From the NCBI GenBank assembly GCA_951406725.2, contig OX597823.1, positions 15,066,001 through 15,130,000 of the forward strand: a DNA stretch of 64,000 nucleotides, given 5' to 3'. The notes beneath the pieces are model-generated. The model was not told the DNA's origin. It saw nothing but the letters and a program-made list of their open reading frames with translations, and searched no databases. This document shows, in pieces, positions 42,926 to 57,240 of the stretch (positions within the stretch are counted from its first letter, which is position 1; every line of letters starts with the position of its first letter). The DNA comes from Octopus vulgaris (taxonomy: Eukaryota). The translations under genes were made by a program, and so were the position numbers.

Positions 42926-43654
42926 TGAAGAATCAGATTTATGATATTTGCGTACATTCAGTGTTGGAAACACATACACTGCAGAATTGACACTCGACGC
43001 AGAAACGCATGCGTCCGACTGTCTGATGACGTAATTCATAGCCCTATGGCGTGTTTTTTACGCAATATGTCAATAGGGAAATTTTCTGCCGAGACGAGTC
43101 TTGCAATCTTTCCATGTCCGAATGTACACGAACATGTTAAATATCACTGTACACATCTTCGTTATATAATTATGTATAATTATTACATTTTTTTTAAATG
43201 TTCGCTGTATGAAACATATAAGCCTTTCAACTTTTTGCCTGTTCTGTATATGATATTTGTTACGCAGGACAAAATTCTCTGGCGTCCATGCATCATATAT
43301 GATACACATTCCCAATTTTGTTCGACCACTAGAATAACTTGTGACTTATTAAAGGAAAGCTTTATATATTATTCAGAATGTATGAAACAAGGATTAACTA
43401 GAAGTCTTAAAACAAACATGGACGTTTAGGACAAACTTAAAAAATACTATCTTGATTTGCAAAGAGTTAACATTACTTCGCTAAGTTTCTTTCATTTGCT
43501 TCTTGTCCCCACTGATGTGTACACAGGCTATAACAGAGTTGTTAGTGAATTTGTTAATCTAAAACGGATGTTCAACCTTTTTCTAGAATCCTATTATATT
43601 AAAATCAGGTGATTTGTCACGGTGTCTCTCCACAACTAGTAGCAACTTTGGAAA

Positions 43655-44070
43655 TAATCCTTTCCACTATAGGCAAAAGGGCTGAAATTTTGTTGGGTGG
43701 GGTAAGTCGACTACATCGACCCCAGTGTTTCACTGGTATTTAGTTTATCGGACCCAAAAGGATAAAAGGCAAAGTCGACCTCGGCGGAATTTGAACTCAG
43801 AACATGAAGACGGACGAAATACCGCTAAGCATTTTTTTCCCGTCGTGCTAACGATTCTTTTCTTGTATAGGCACAAGGCCTGAAATTTTGGGGGAGGTAA
43901 CTGGTCGATTACATCCACCCCAGTGTTTGAGTGGTACTTAATTTATCGACTCCGAAAGGATGAAAGGCAAAGTCGACCGCGGCGAAATTTGAACTCAAAT
44001 TGCAGCGACGGGCGAAATACTGCTAAGTATTTTGCCCGGCACGCTAACGATACTGCCAGCTCGCTGCCTT
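43655..44070 (-). mobile_element. Two tandem SINE-C copies (ordinary tails)
   Basis: Family core, twice. Confidence 0.85.
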
Positions 44071-44464
44071 CAGTTTTAGAAATAATAACAACATTGTTTA
44101 TAGTACCAGTACTAGAAAAACCCGTGCACGTCTTTCTAACTTACTAAAGATCAAGTTTGAAATACATGAAAGACGATGGACATAACATCGTTTCTTTTAT
44201 ATATTGTTATTAAATGATGGAGAAAATTAGCGTGTTATACAACTTTCATTGAAATTTCATTGAAATATTTGATTTTACAGTTTTAGTTCTCTTTTCCTGA
44301 CATTCCATGCCGGATTTTACATCATGGACAACATTTCCAAAAATATTACCGCCTCCTACTATTAATACCGCCAGCACTATGATCAACCACCACTAAAACT
44401 ACTACTACTACTACTATTGTTGTTGTTATTGTTGTTGCTGTTACAGTTAGCTAAATCACAAAGC

Positions 44465-44860
44465 TGGATGGATGGAAGCACTCCGTCGGTTACGACGATG
44501 AGGGTTCCGGTTGATCCGAATCAACGGAACAGCCTGCTCGTGAAATTAACGTGTAAGTGGCTGAGCACTCCACAGATACGTGCACCCTAAACGTAGTTCT
44601 CGGGGATATTCAGCGTGACACTGAGAGTGACAAGGCCGGCCCTTTGAAATACAGGTACAACAGAAACAGGAAGAAAGAGTGAGAGAAAGTTGTGGTGAAA
44701 GAGTACAGCAGGGATCACCACCATCCCCTGCCGGAGCCTCGTGGAGCTTTTCAGGTGTTTTCGCTCAATAAACACTCACAACGCCCGGTCTGGGAATCGA
44801 AACCGCGATCCTACGACCGCGAGTCCGCTGCCCTAACCACTGGGCCATTGCGCCTCCACT
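44465..44860 (-). mobile_element. SINE family A, full length
   Basis: Family match; TSD aaatcacaaagc; (tcca)n tail. Confidence 0.93.
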
Positions 44861-44902
44861 AAATCACAAAGCATCACTTCAGTCAATATTAGATCATTTT
44901 TT

Positions 44903-45080
44903 TAAGGCAGCGAGCTGGTAGAAACGTTCCGAGTTCAAATTCCGCCGAGGTCGACTTTGCCTGTCATCCTTTCGGGGTCTATAAATTAAGTACCAGTTGC
45001 GTACTGAGGTCGATCTTATCGACTGGTCGTCCCCTCCCCCAAAATTTCGGGCCTTGTATACCTAGAGTAGGAAAGAATAT
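44903..45080 (+). mobile_element. SINE family C with internal deletion
   Basis: Head joined directly to gagttcaaattccgccgagg. Confidence 0.85.
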
Positions 45081-45089
45081 AGTTTATTA

Positions 45090-45302
45090 TAAATGATCTT
45101 GACATTCTCTTTATTTTGCATAAAATATTCTTTACATTTACAATTGTTTTATTGCCATTTTTTAACGATTATTATAAGTTTCATAGGTAAAATATTTTTC
45201 TGGGAACGAATTACGATTGATAACATTGCTACTATTTACGAATTTTCACTTTACGAGCGATCTCCGGGAACAAATTAACTCGTATATTGAGACATTAATG
45301 TA
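45090..45302 (+). mobile_element. 3' part of the Tigger-like element
   Basis: Similar to 36197-36420. Confidence 0.6.
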
Positions 45303-46277
45303 TACACCAATGTATACGTAGTTAGTTACTTCACAGAACAGATGGACATAATTAATGACAAAAATAATAAAATAAAAACTAATAATGGCTAACATCAAAC
45401 ACTGCATATTTCATAAACAAAATTCAATACTTAAAGTATTGCTTTCCTGACACTGGAATCTATTTATTCTGTAGATGTAAAGCTTCATTGTCAATAAAGT
45501 ACTTGAAGTTAAGTATTTGTAAGTATATTATTTCGACATATGCGTCCGGCTTTACCAAATTTACTTACATTTAAACTACTCCCAGACACATGTTAACACT
45601 TAATCCATGATTGCATCACATTGAATCAAATTTAACAATTAAAGTGTGTCTCATTTTTTATGTTGAAAGTTATACTCTGCGGATAAATGAGAATAAGAAA
45701 CAAATTAGAATAAAACCTTTCTGGAAACAGGAACAATGTTAGAAGGCAAATATCAACTGTTGTGTGTTTATTTATGTAGTAGCGCTAGTGTCAATATATC
45801 TAACACCGTGAGCATTAAAAAAAATTCATTAGAAATAATTAATCTATAAGAAAAAAGATCTATTTAGACAATGTCAAATAATACATCGATTCTTCTTGAC
45901 GAATGGGTGTATTGGAGAAGTTTCCATCTCATTAGATCCATGCGCCTCAATATAGCATTAGTCTTCTCCAATCTCCAGAATATTCCAAAACAAATATTTT
46001 GGTAGCTTCTTGGGAGACAACAATGATTCCCCTACCACCAGCACCACCACCAAAGAAATATATAGCAGCAGACAAGCCGTTTAACTACATTTGCTTGGTT
46101 TTTAAAAGAATTCTGCTAGATTGTAGAATAACTAGTTTCTGATTTAGTACCACGTTTATTTTGTATTTTGGCATACTCGTTTTCATGAATCCTGCAATCA
46201 CTTTTAATCATCTTAATTGATTCAAAGATCTATGAGTGCATAGACATTTTATAGTATATCCAGTAATCTAATCATAA

Positions 46278-48380
46278 CCCTGGGCAACAAAAACAATTTT
46301 TTGTCTGGTGCCTGGAATATTTCAATGAATTTTTGAGTGATTTTGCTTGCTAAATTCAAATATAACTTCAGTTTTTCCATATCAGAGGTAGTTTTCTGAC
46401 TAGACTTGATAAAGTAAGTATTTTATTTATACAAAAGGCACATAGTATGAATCAATAAAGAAAGCGTAACTCAAAATAAAACGAAGACGAATAAAAATTC
46501 AAAATTGAAAATGCACATTGGCAAAGATTTTTGGCAGAAAATTCAAGGAATATATTTGCGCTTCTTTGTGAACCGTGAATGTTGAGCAACAGGAGGATCT
46601 CGTTTTAAACACCATCATCGCAGTTTCCATCTCCTTAATTTCTTGATGGTATCGTTCGCCTTGTTCATCGCTAACATCTCTGAGATTTTCAGGAAAACAA
46701 TCAAGATAACTAAAAAGATAATGCATTTTGATGCTCATATTCGCGCCAGTATCACGAAAAGGTGATATCAAGTTGGTAACAAGGTCTTTATAGTTTTCAC
46801 TTTTGTGTTTACCAAGGAAATTTTGCACTATTTCTGCAAAGGCTAGCCAAGCTAATGCAGCATTTTCGCTCATTACTGACACGAAATTTGTGTCCTTCAA
46901 GGGCTTACGGATCTGTGGTCCATCAAAAATCCCTGCTTTTAGTTTTTCAATCGTCAAGTCTGGAAATACCCTGCGGATATACTTGAAGCACTCCCCATTT
47001 TTCTCAAGAGCGTTTACGAATTGCTTGATCAATCCGAGTTTGATGAGCAAAGGGAGAAAAATGATCTCATCTCGCCCAACTAAAGATTCTTCCAATATAT
47101 TGGTAATTCTACATCTAGTTTCTGATTTAGTACCATATTTATTCGAGGCGGCCAGTCTCTCTTAACATAGTGGTTTCCTTGGTCTCTTCTGTCCCACATT
47201 CAAAGAAAGCATGGGTATTTGGTATAACCAGATTGCTATCCCATGAGAAAATTCACCATCTTTAAGTCAACGCGGATGACCCATTTATGGTCATGATACA
47301 GTATCTTCTCTAAAACCAACTTAATTTCTTCATATTTTTCCTTCAGAGTTGTTGAGTGGCCGAGTGGGACAGAGCTGTACACATTCCTGTTGTACAATAC
47401 ACACTTTAAGCTACGCTTAGAGCTGTCTATGAAAAGACACCATTCCTCTGATTTGTATTCCTCAATGCCAAGTTTATTAAGAAGCCCACTGACACCTCTG
47501 CAATAAACTAGTTCTTCCTCTTTTGTGAAAAAAGAAAGGAACATTTCATGCTGACTTCAATAGAATGTTATACGGACACCATTCTCTAGAAGATTCTTCT
47601 TTTTCAGTCGAGATACCAACAGTTCTGAAGAAGTTTTTGGGAGGCTCAAGTCACGAACTAGATCATTGAACTCTACCTGGGAGAATAGCTGGAATAAAGT
47701 CTCACCTGAAAGTCTTGATCTCTAGTCTCTTCTTCAGGTGATGAATCTTCTTTGGTTGAGGATAGAGGTATCTAATGCAAGATTTTGATGACAGGAACAG
47801 GAAGCTCTTCACTGTGTGGAAACAGTCTAATAGCAGAGGCAAGATTAGGATAGACAAGTGTTTGTCGATTTTTCAAATTTAGGTTACGTGATTATAAGGC
47901 TCACGCCATACCATTGGTATTACAAACCTCATACTTTTCCTTGTCTCTTTAGTCCATTGTCGCAAATGTTCTGTACATTGTTTGCAGACGCTATGCGGTG
48001 CCCAGTATTTATCTCGGTCTCCAAGCTTGACCCCAAAATATTCTATATACGCTCTTTTAACAAAATCAATAATGTTTATTCGATTTTCAAGTAATGTGTA
48101 TTCTCCATAAACATAAAACACATTTGGAGAATTAATGGAACACTTTCTTGAAGTGGAAATCTTGCTCATTTTCTATTGCTTAGTTCACCACATCTGAAAA
48201 GTATGGAAAAAGACAAAAACTTAGAATTAGAATAAGGTAACGAACACTGCGTATTGGACGTACACACATAAAAAACTAGATCTGATAGGCCAAAAAGAAG
48301 GTTATACTTGGATTCAGGAGACCGATTTTGTATAGGAATGATGTCTATTTCCTAAACACCAAAACCCTTGTAGACCAGTG
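46278..48380 (-). mobile_element. Near full-length Chapaev3-like DNA transposon (decayed transposase)
   Basis: Termini cactgg / ccaggg with TAA on both sides; RKCSINSPNVFY..WAPHSVCKQC, FIDSSKRSLK..VDLKMVNFL, GYTKYPCFL, IKLGLIKQFV..GIFDGPQIR..SIKMHYL..VSDEQGERYHQ. Confidence 0.82.
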
Positions 48381-48971
48381 TAATCTAAACATTGCAAACT
48401 TGTACAGCCATATTGAACATCTTGTTCTAACATGTGGCATGGATCTGATAGCCAGCCGACCTCATCGTGAAGATACCCTACTTCTCTCTCTCTTTTTTTT
48501 TTTTTTGGCAAGGAGTGACATATAGTCTTCCTCTGTATGCTCACTAAAGAGAAAGCGAAAGTGTGATGGGTGCAACTGAGGGAATTAAGGACAGGTTTTT
48601 CTTTCTCGCTCAAGCTTTCACTAACGTTTTAAGAATCACTACTGAAGATGTATATCATGTTGAAGAGGGAATCTCTACATCTCACCCTAGTAGATGTGCT
48701 AATTTGGGGGATGCAAATGACGAACGTGCATTGAGTGTATAAGATTTCTTTGAAAATATGCTTGTATATTCGGATATAAAATTTCAGAAAGGTCTCATGT
48801 CTGTCGTAGGCCAAGGATTTTGTGATTTATGTCGGGTCACCAGTTTGAATTAAAGTTGGAACATATTTCATTTCCTTTTTTTTTTTGTTTTCATCCTAAT
48901 TGAATCGTAATTCGGTTTTGTGAATCCCTGCCAATCTCTTTTCCTTCTGGGAATAAAATGAACTATTATAT

Positions 48972-49265
48972 TAAGGCGGTGAAGTAGCAGAATCGTTGGC
49001 AAGGTGGACAAAATGCTTAGTAGCATTTCGTCCATCTTTACGTTCTGAGATCTAATTTCGCCGGAGTCGACTTTGCTTTCTAAGGTCAATAAGATAAGTA
49101 CTATTTGAGTATGGTGTTCGATATAGCTGAAGTATTAGACACTATTAGACCTTCATTTTCGGGGGCGATAAGTTAAGTAACAGTTGTGTACTGGGGTCGA
49201 TCCAATCGACTGCCCCACTCATAAAAAAAAATTCGGGCCTTGTGCCTAGAGTAAAAAAAGAACAT
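48972..49265 (+). mobile_element. SINE-C, diverged or composite
   Basis: Family head and two partial cores. Confidence 0.75.
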
Positions 49266-49994
49266 AAAATACTGCTCAAAAACTGTATCTCATAATCGAC
49301 TATGACTTTCATTAAAGTATGTGACCTATGTATTAATAGTGAATATAAAAGAACAATAATTTACATAAATTAACGGCGGTGCATCAGCATGGCTGCAACT
49401 ATGAGCCGAAGCTACAGCAAAAACAAAAAAAAAAAACTTTTAGCATGAAACACTTATCAGGTGGGAGTGGTATTTTAGACAAAGAATTTATAGAAAAAAT
49501 TAATTTGAATAGAGGATTGGTACATGAGTAGATGCTACTTAATTTATGATTGTCTCATCTTTTAAATGCCACTTGAAATTTGGGTGGGAAGAGGAGATAT
49601 AAGGAAACAACTAAACTTTAAAATGTAATTGACTAAATTTAAAGCTACATAAAGAACTACTAAGCACAGCATGCTATAAGTCAAGTCTGCGGCAAACAAC
49701 ATAAAGGTAAGAATAGTTTTACTTCGATTTGTTTTATGACTTATTAACCACACTGATTTAAAGATAGCATAAATTACTTAAATCAACATAATATAGGACA
49801 ATTATATGTTGAATCGTATACAATTCGAGCATTTCTTATATCTCTGAAAATACCACCGCATCATACACTGAAAATATATTTTCTTAAAATTTCATTTGCT
49901 CTTCTTCGTGTTAAAGCGTACTATTACAAGAAACTGAGTGCAAAATGCATTATACGGAGACATGTTAAATATATTAACAAAATAATAATGTTGG

Positions 49995-50372
49995 TCTCAA
50001 ATTTTGGCACAAGACCAGCAGTTTAAGGGGAAAGGGTAAGTCGATTACATCTACCCCAGTGTTTAACTAGTACTTAATTTATTGACCCCAACATCATTGG
50101 ATTTCAGAAATGTCACTCAACATTTTTTCTGCCGTGGTAAAAATTCTTACAGCTCTCATAATCGCAATAATAATTATTTCTGGTGGAAGCACAAGGCCTC
50201 AGATTTGGAGAAAATGATCAAGTCGATTGCATAAACCCAGTGTGTAACTGATATTTATTTAATCAACCCCAAAAGGATGAAAGGCAAAATTAAACCCGGT
50301 GGAACGTAGTGACAGACGAAATACTGCTAAGCATTTCGCCCGGCGTGGTAACGACTCTGCCTGCTCGCTGCC

Positions 50373-50373
<1 letters not shown>
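49995..50373 (-). mobile_element. Two SINE-C fragments
   Basis: Family tail and core. Confidence 0.72.
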
Positions 50374-50418
<45 letters not shown>

Positions 50419-50807
50419 GGCTGTTGTGGCTTTTGATCTTAACAGCTTGGAAGCATTATCATGTACATTGTTTTGTCTTTGTATAAAAGATGGGCTACAG
50501 CAAATTTTCTGCTCAATACCACAGTTTTACTTGTCAGTTGTTTGACCATAACCATTTGAGCTTGTCCCTTGGTGGCTGACGATATGTGTATCTCTGATCA
50601 TGAGCAGAAGTAGTAGGGGAGCATCATAGCCATATGTTGAGAGGAATTCTTTGGGGGTTTGAATAATTCACCCCTGGAAACATGGTTCTTTCGTTCAACA
50701 TCCTTAAACAACTCTTATTATGAGTGGGATGCGCTACACGACCTGAACTAGACCCCATATGCAAGATCATACACTGTTATTATTATTATTATAAGTATTA
50801 GGTAAAA

Positions 50808-50979
50808 TAGGCGGAGGAGTGGCTGTGTGGTAAGTAGCTTGCTAACCAGCCACATGGTTCCGGGTTCAGTCCCACTGCGTGGCATCTTGGGCAAGTGTCT
50901 TCTGCTATAGCCCCGGGCCGACCAATGCCTTGTCAATGATTTGGTAGACGGAAACTGAAAGAAGCCCGTCGTATATATG

Positions 50980-51014
<35 letters not shown>

Positions 51015-51222
51015 TTGTGTGTCTGTGTTTGTCCCCCTAGCATTGCTTGACAACCGATGCTGGTGTGTTTACATCCCCGTCACATAGTGGTTCGGCAAAA
51101 GAGACCGATAGAATAAGTACTGGGCTTACAAAGATTAAGTCCCGGGGTCGAGTTGCTCGACTAAAGGCGGTGCTCCAGCATGGCCGCAGTCAAATGACTG
51201 AAACAAGTAAAAGAAAAGAAAG
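50808..51222 (+). mobile_element. SINE family B, full length
   Basis: Family match. Confidence 0.93.
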
Positions 51223-51236
51223 AAATTATTATTATT

Positions 51237-51278
<42 letters not shown>

Positions 51279-51425
51279 GCTGCTGCTGCTGCTGCTGCTG
51301 TTGTTGCTGTTATCATCTTTCTAGTACAGAACGAAAGACCTAAAGCATAAATGTTTTAAAGTAATTTGATACTAATAATGTACTTACCGCACATATTAAC
51401 TACTCTTTCTGCTAGTCGTTTGTTT

Positions 51426-51485
<60 letters not shown>

Positions 51486-51610
51486 TACCAGGCTATAACT
51501 AATACATAAATACACCAGTGCATCCTGAGGCTATTTTTCTCTTTTTATTATTATTATTAACGGGTCCAACTTAATCCTACAAATTTTAAGATATCTTCAT
51601 TAAAAATAAG

Positions 51611-51668
<58 letters not shown>

Positions 51669-51777
51669 CTTCCAAATATATTTTTTACAAAATTTAGAAG
51701 ATTTAAAAAATTAGAAAATTTTAAAAATTCATAAAAATTTAATAAAATAAAATTTAAACACCTAAAAATACAATAGC

Positions 51778-51815
<38 letters not shown>

Positions 51816-51928
51816 TGATAAAAGGTGTTTTTTTCTAATTTTATATATGTATATTATATTGTGTGAAATTTGATTTAGTATTTCTAAATTGAATTTTTTG
51901 CCTTGTAAGTTTGGATTTTATTCCCTCA

Positions 51929-52012
<84 letters not shown>

Positions 52013-52042
52013 TAATTATTATTATTATTATTGTTATTATTA

Positions 52043-52088
<46 letters not shown>

Positions 52089-52464
52089 ATTTGTCTGCAA
52101 TTATTTTCTCTACGTCTGTCCCTAGAGAGCGCGCCCGCATCTCACTAAGCGCAAACACTCCCAGTTATTGATTTCAACTGTAAAACCCTTTTCTACTCGT
52201 TAGCGTTTCTAGCGATAGTTATCATTGATTTACTAGCGTCCTATTGTGGTATTATCCACCCTATTTTTAGCTATAGAACCCATGGTTAATGCTTTAATAA
52301 AAAGTTCTGTCACAAATAGTGTTCTGTTCGGTTGTACGTTTTGGTCTCGGTTACAACAGTTCACTTTCAGGAATACACGAGAAAGCATCTTTGTTGTAAT
52401 ATCCCGTATCAAAGAAATACAAAGAAATGAAATAAGAGAAAATTTTACAAGAAAATTTAACAAG

Positions 52465-53115
52465 CGTGGCTGTGTGGTAAGAACCTTGCTTCCCAACCAC
52501 ACGGTTCTGGGTTCAATCCCACTGCATGGCACCTTGGGAAAGTATCTTCTACTGTAGCCTAGGGCTGACTAAAACCTTGTGAGTGGATTTGGTAGACGGA
52601 AACTGCAAGAAGCTCGTCGTGTAAATATATATATATGCTCTATCTTAAAAGCCGCCCGATATGGTAACTTTTAAGCTTGCTCCTGTGGAGGGCACGTGTT
52701 ATGGTTAAATTACGTGATACAATTACAAGTTTCATTGAATAGTGAGAGAGGGGTAAAGCATGAGGAATAGTAGAAGTGTCACTGAATAGCGAGAGAGGGG
52801 GTCGGAAAAGTAAAGTTGAAACAGTGAGACACACTGACACACTGACTCTCGCTTTCGCATTTATTATTATAGATATATTTGTGTGTGTGTGTGTGTGTGT
52901 CTGTGTTTGTTCCTCTACCATCGTTTGACAACTGATGTTGGTGTGTTTACCTCCTTGTAACTTAGCGGTTCGGCAAAGAGACCGATAAAATAAGTACTAG
53001 GCTTACAAAGACTAAGTCTTGGGTTTGATTTGTTCGACTAAAGGCGGTGCTCCAGCATGGCCGCAGTCAAATGACTGAGACAAGTAATAGAATAAAAGAG
53101 TGAAAGGATAAAAGA
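52465..53115 (+). mobile_element. SINE family B with a ~235-bp insert in its microsatellite
   Basis: 5' half at 52465-52636 and 3' half at 52874-53115. Confidence 0.88.
52637..52873 (-). mobile_element. Helitron-like 5' fragment
   Basis: The minus strand starts A^TCTATAATAATAAATGCGAAAG..gtcagtgtgtc, a typical Helitron 5' end; no CTRR 3' end seen. Confidence 0.55.
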
Positions 53116-53129
53116 ACTGGGTCCATACA

Positions 53130-53870
53130 CAACAAGGTGGGAAGAGGACGCTGAAGGATAGTATGTAACAGTACTGAACATGTATTCGAAGTACTGCTCG
53201 CTTCAGTTAGGGTGGCTCAACATATCCATGGAGACTCAACATATCCATGACAACATTTCTTAGAATTTTGCGTCCGACACAAAAGGCTTATCCCATTCGA
53301 TTACTGCATGAAGAGGATTATTCAAATAGAGCAAGCGAGGTGTACAGAAATTGTCAATCAAATCGAAAACAAACGTTTATTGGATAACATTTTATTCAGT
53401 GATGAGGCGACTTTCCACACGTGTAGTAAAGTCAAGCTACACAATTGTTGTGTCTGGTCCAATGAAAAACTATCTGAATTTAGTAGAATGGCAAAGTCAC
53501 TCTCCAAACCTTAACGTGTGGCTTGGAATGAATAAATCAAAAATTTATGGCCCATTCTTCTTTGAGGAAGGCACCATCTATCTTGATATGCTTTAGCAGT
53601 TTCTCGAGACAAAGCTTCTAGAAGATGGCATTCTTGATAATGTGTTTCAACAAGATGGAACACCTTGTCATTATACTCTAATTGTTCGAAAATATCTCAA
53701 CAGACGCTTTCCAAATCGGTGGATAGGATGTGGGAGACCTCGACTTGGCCTTCGCGTTCTCTGGATTTGACCTACCTGCGTTGCCTTGCTTGAGGTTTCA
53801 TACAAGGAAAAAGGTTTATCACCAAAGGATCAATAATTTAGCTGAAATTAACGCATTCGGTCAGGGGTGC
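53130..53870 (+). pseudogene. Decayed Tc1/mariner-superfamily (Tc3/rosa-like) transposase
   Basis: ILFSDEATFH, NVWLGM..IYGPFFFEE, VFQQDGTPCHY, RFPNRWIG, WPSRS.DLT. Confidence 0.82.
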
Positions 53871-53934
53871 AGGTGGTAATTAAGTCGTGTGTGTGTGTGT
53901 GTGTGTGAAAAACAAAGGGATCTCGAAACATAAT

Positions 53935-56900
53935 CTATCAGGAAGGAGAGGAAAGATTTGGACTTGAAACGGGGAATAGAGAATCATCTGCAAAAGGCGG
54001 ACCATCGAGGAGAGAAAGAGGGATCGCAAAGATACGAGAAGAGAAGAAAAAACTCAGAACCAGATGGAGGGATGCAAAGGAGGAGGAAAGAGAAGGGTTA
54101 AAACAACTATATGAAGAGATAAAAAGGAGGCATCGAAAACAACTAAGAAAGGAAAGAAGGAAGAACAGAGGAAAGGAGAGAGAGAAAAAAACTATCGTAG
54201 TTTTATAAACAACCCATATCAATACACTAACCGTTTGTTTACTGAAAGTAAGAGCGGAAGTTTGGATTGCACTAAAGAAGAGCTCGAACACCATCTTAAA
54301 GGGACATACAACGATGCTGATAGGAAATACTAGGGCCGAAGAAACTACCTGAACCAAGAGTACCATTCGATTTGAGTGACATCAGGCGGAAAGAAATTGA
54401 TGAGTTCATTACAAAAGCAAGACCAAAAAGTTCACCTGAGAACAACGGAGTTAACTATAAGGTTTATAAGTATTGCCCGAAATTGCTTTTACTACTATTT
54501 GCCTTGATAAAAGAAATGTAGAAGAAGAAAGAAGTAGCCGAGCGATGGTGTATAGTTGAAGGTATCTGTTTACTTAAAGAGGAGGCAAAAACACTAGGAC
54601 CATTCTCTGCTAAATATCGATAGGAAGATCGTGTTTGGAATTATTGCCAGCCGAATCACAAGATTCGTACAGCATAACGGATATGTTAATGAAACAATCC
54701 AAAAGGCAGGGATCTGTAGATGCATATATTATGCATTTCCTATCTGGGAAGCTATCAACTGTGCAAAACAACTGAAGAAAAAACCTGTAAATTGTATGGT
54801 TAAATCTTGCCAGTGCATATGGATCTGTTCCATGCGCACTGATTTAAACAGCTGTGGACTTCTTTTGAATTCAACGAATGCTGATGTGTTACTACGATAA
54901 ACTGAGAGGATGAGATTTACCGCAGGAAAGTTCACAACGGAGTAGCAACGGCTTTCAGTAGGTATTGCAGCTGGATGCACGATATCAGTCAACTTATTTG
55001 TGCTATTCATGGAGATGTTACTAAGATCAACAAAAAGTGAGAAAGCTGATTCAAAGAACCGTTAAGGGCTTTTATGGACGACATAAAGTATAGAATCAGA
55101 AAGTATAGAAGCGGCAGACGGAACGTTAGAGCAGTTGGTCGAACTAATAGGATGGGTGGGAATGAAATTCAAAGCCAAAACATCTCGAGGCGTGTCTTTC
55201 GTGAAAGGAGTCCAAAATTCAGGATAGGAGGTGAAGATATATTAACGGGGAAAAACAACCTGTAAAGAGTCTTAGCAAATGATACAGAGAGATTTACTAA
55301 ATGATAAGAAGAAAAGCAAAAAAAAAAAAAAACATGATTTAGTAGAACAGTGACTAAAGGCAATTGACAGAACAACATTACCGGGGGAATTCAAATGCTG
55401 GATACTGCAATTTGGACTGTAACCAAGGATAATGTGGCCATTGCAAATGTACGAAATAGCCTCGAGTAGAGTAGAAAGGATGGAACAAAGATGCAGTGTA
55501 TTTATCAGAAAATGGCTTGGTCTTCCAAAACCACTGAATACAACTGCACTATATGGAAGACCCATGCTGCAACTATCTATAACATCAATCGCCGAATAAT
55601 ATAAAGCAGGAAAGTCAAGGACAGTAATGATGCTAAAGTATTCAAAAGATCAGAACAATCGAGAAAACCCCCCAAAGTACGAACAAGGAGGAAATGGAAA
55701 GCCGAAGAAGCAGTAAACAACGCGATCGGAAAACTAAGGTATGCCGATATTGTGGGAGTGGTTTTGGGTTGCACAATTTCAAGCCATTTTGCATGAGCAG
55801 TATAAAACAGATGAAAGAGGCAGCGGTACACGAAGTGAGAAAGGAGAAAGAAGGCGAAATGTACATTTAGTGCAATGTAGTCAACAGGGACAGTGCCTGA
55901 GATGGGAGGAATACGTGGTCAGTCGCCGAATCTCATGGAAGGAACTTTGGGCTTGGGAACAAGCAAGAACATCCTTCCTGATCAAGTCTACCTTCGACGT
56001 TTTACTTTCACCGTCCAATTTAGTCCGGTGGAACATACAAACGACTGATGAATGTAGATATGGAGAGAGAGCGACGGTGTGACATGTTCTGTAAAACTGC
56101 AGGCTAGAACTAGACAGATATACATGGCGTCACAGTCAAGTACTCGGTGTCATAAGTGCGGCACTCAAGGAGAAGATCGAGGGATATAATAAGGGAGAGT
56201 GCCCAAAACTGGAAAAGCGCGGAAGGATACACTTCCAGAAGAAGGGAAAAGGACATGAGACCAGGCTTTTAAATAAAGTATACGAGACAGACGAAAGATG
56301 GAAGCTGGGAGCGGGCCGCAGATTTGGAAAGACTGTTAATATTTCCACTCATAAAAACGACAAAAAGACCGGACTTAATCCTATGGAACACAGAATGGAG
56401 AATTGGAATTTTGCTAGAGCTGACAGTGCCATGGGAAGAGAACATCGCTAATGCAGAGCAACGGAAGGAGAAGATGTATGAGAAATTAATCGAAGAGTGT
56501 GAAGAATATGGATGGACTGTCGAGTATTACCACCTCTCTCCATATCTACATTCAATGAAAGGAAAAAGTTATTTAAAAGCTGGTTTGCATTTTCGACCTC
56601 AGAGCTGAGAAAATTAATAAGGAGGATACAGGAGGCAGTCGACAAAGCCAGCTTCTATATATAGCTGAAACGAGAAGATGCAATATGTCTCAAAAGCCAT
56701 AACATGCCATCTGGGAAATAGCGTCGCTAGGTGAGGCTGGCAGGCACTTAAGCAGCATTGCTGATTAACAGCTGGGCTCTCTTCCTGGTTCGAAGGCTTG
56801 TACCACCAAACATCTAATCGGTGCTGGCTGCTGGAGCTGAAACTAACACGATACTGTTGCAAGGTTGGTTTAGAGAGGGCGCGGGACAAAACTACGCACC

Positions 56901-57240
56901 CTTCCTTTCCATTGGTCAGTTGAAGCTTAGATACTGTCATGTGACAATTAGCTGATGCTGGCTGCTAGAGCCTAACGGCGTGTATTGAAGGGAAATTTGA
57001 TAGGATGATCATTCGCCCACTGCCGTTCGTTGATACTGCATCGAAGAAACCAAAGAACAATAAAAAAAAAGAAGAAAGAAAAAACGCACTCGACACTAGA
57101 GCTGAAGACACCTCTGAAAGGAGGGAGACCGTCACGTTAAAACGGTAGAGAAGTAGGGTCGAGAAGTAGGACGTGGTTCCTCCTGATGATGTCCTTAGCT
57201 ACTGGATCCTATAAAGGAGCTGTGAGATAGCGAAACGTGG
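53935..57240 (+). mobile_element. Hero-like (RLE-type) non-LTR retrotransposon, decayed
   Basis: RT remnants (SPENNGV.YK.YK.CP, GIAAGCTIS, FMDDI, MKFK..KSR, IRKWLGLP), YTWRHSQVL, and the restriction-like endonuclease RPDLILW..LELTVPWEE..RK..Y. Confidence 0.85.

Noticed and set aside
51480-52100. Extremely AT-rich stretch resembling a mitochondrial insertion
   Set aside because: No recognisable mitochondrial gene; probably low-complexity or low-quality sequence.
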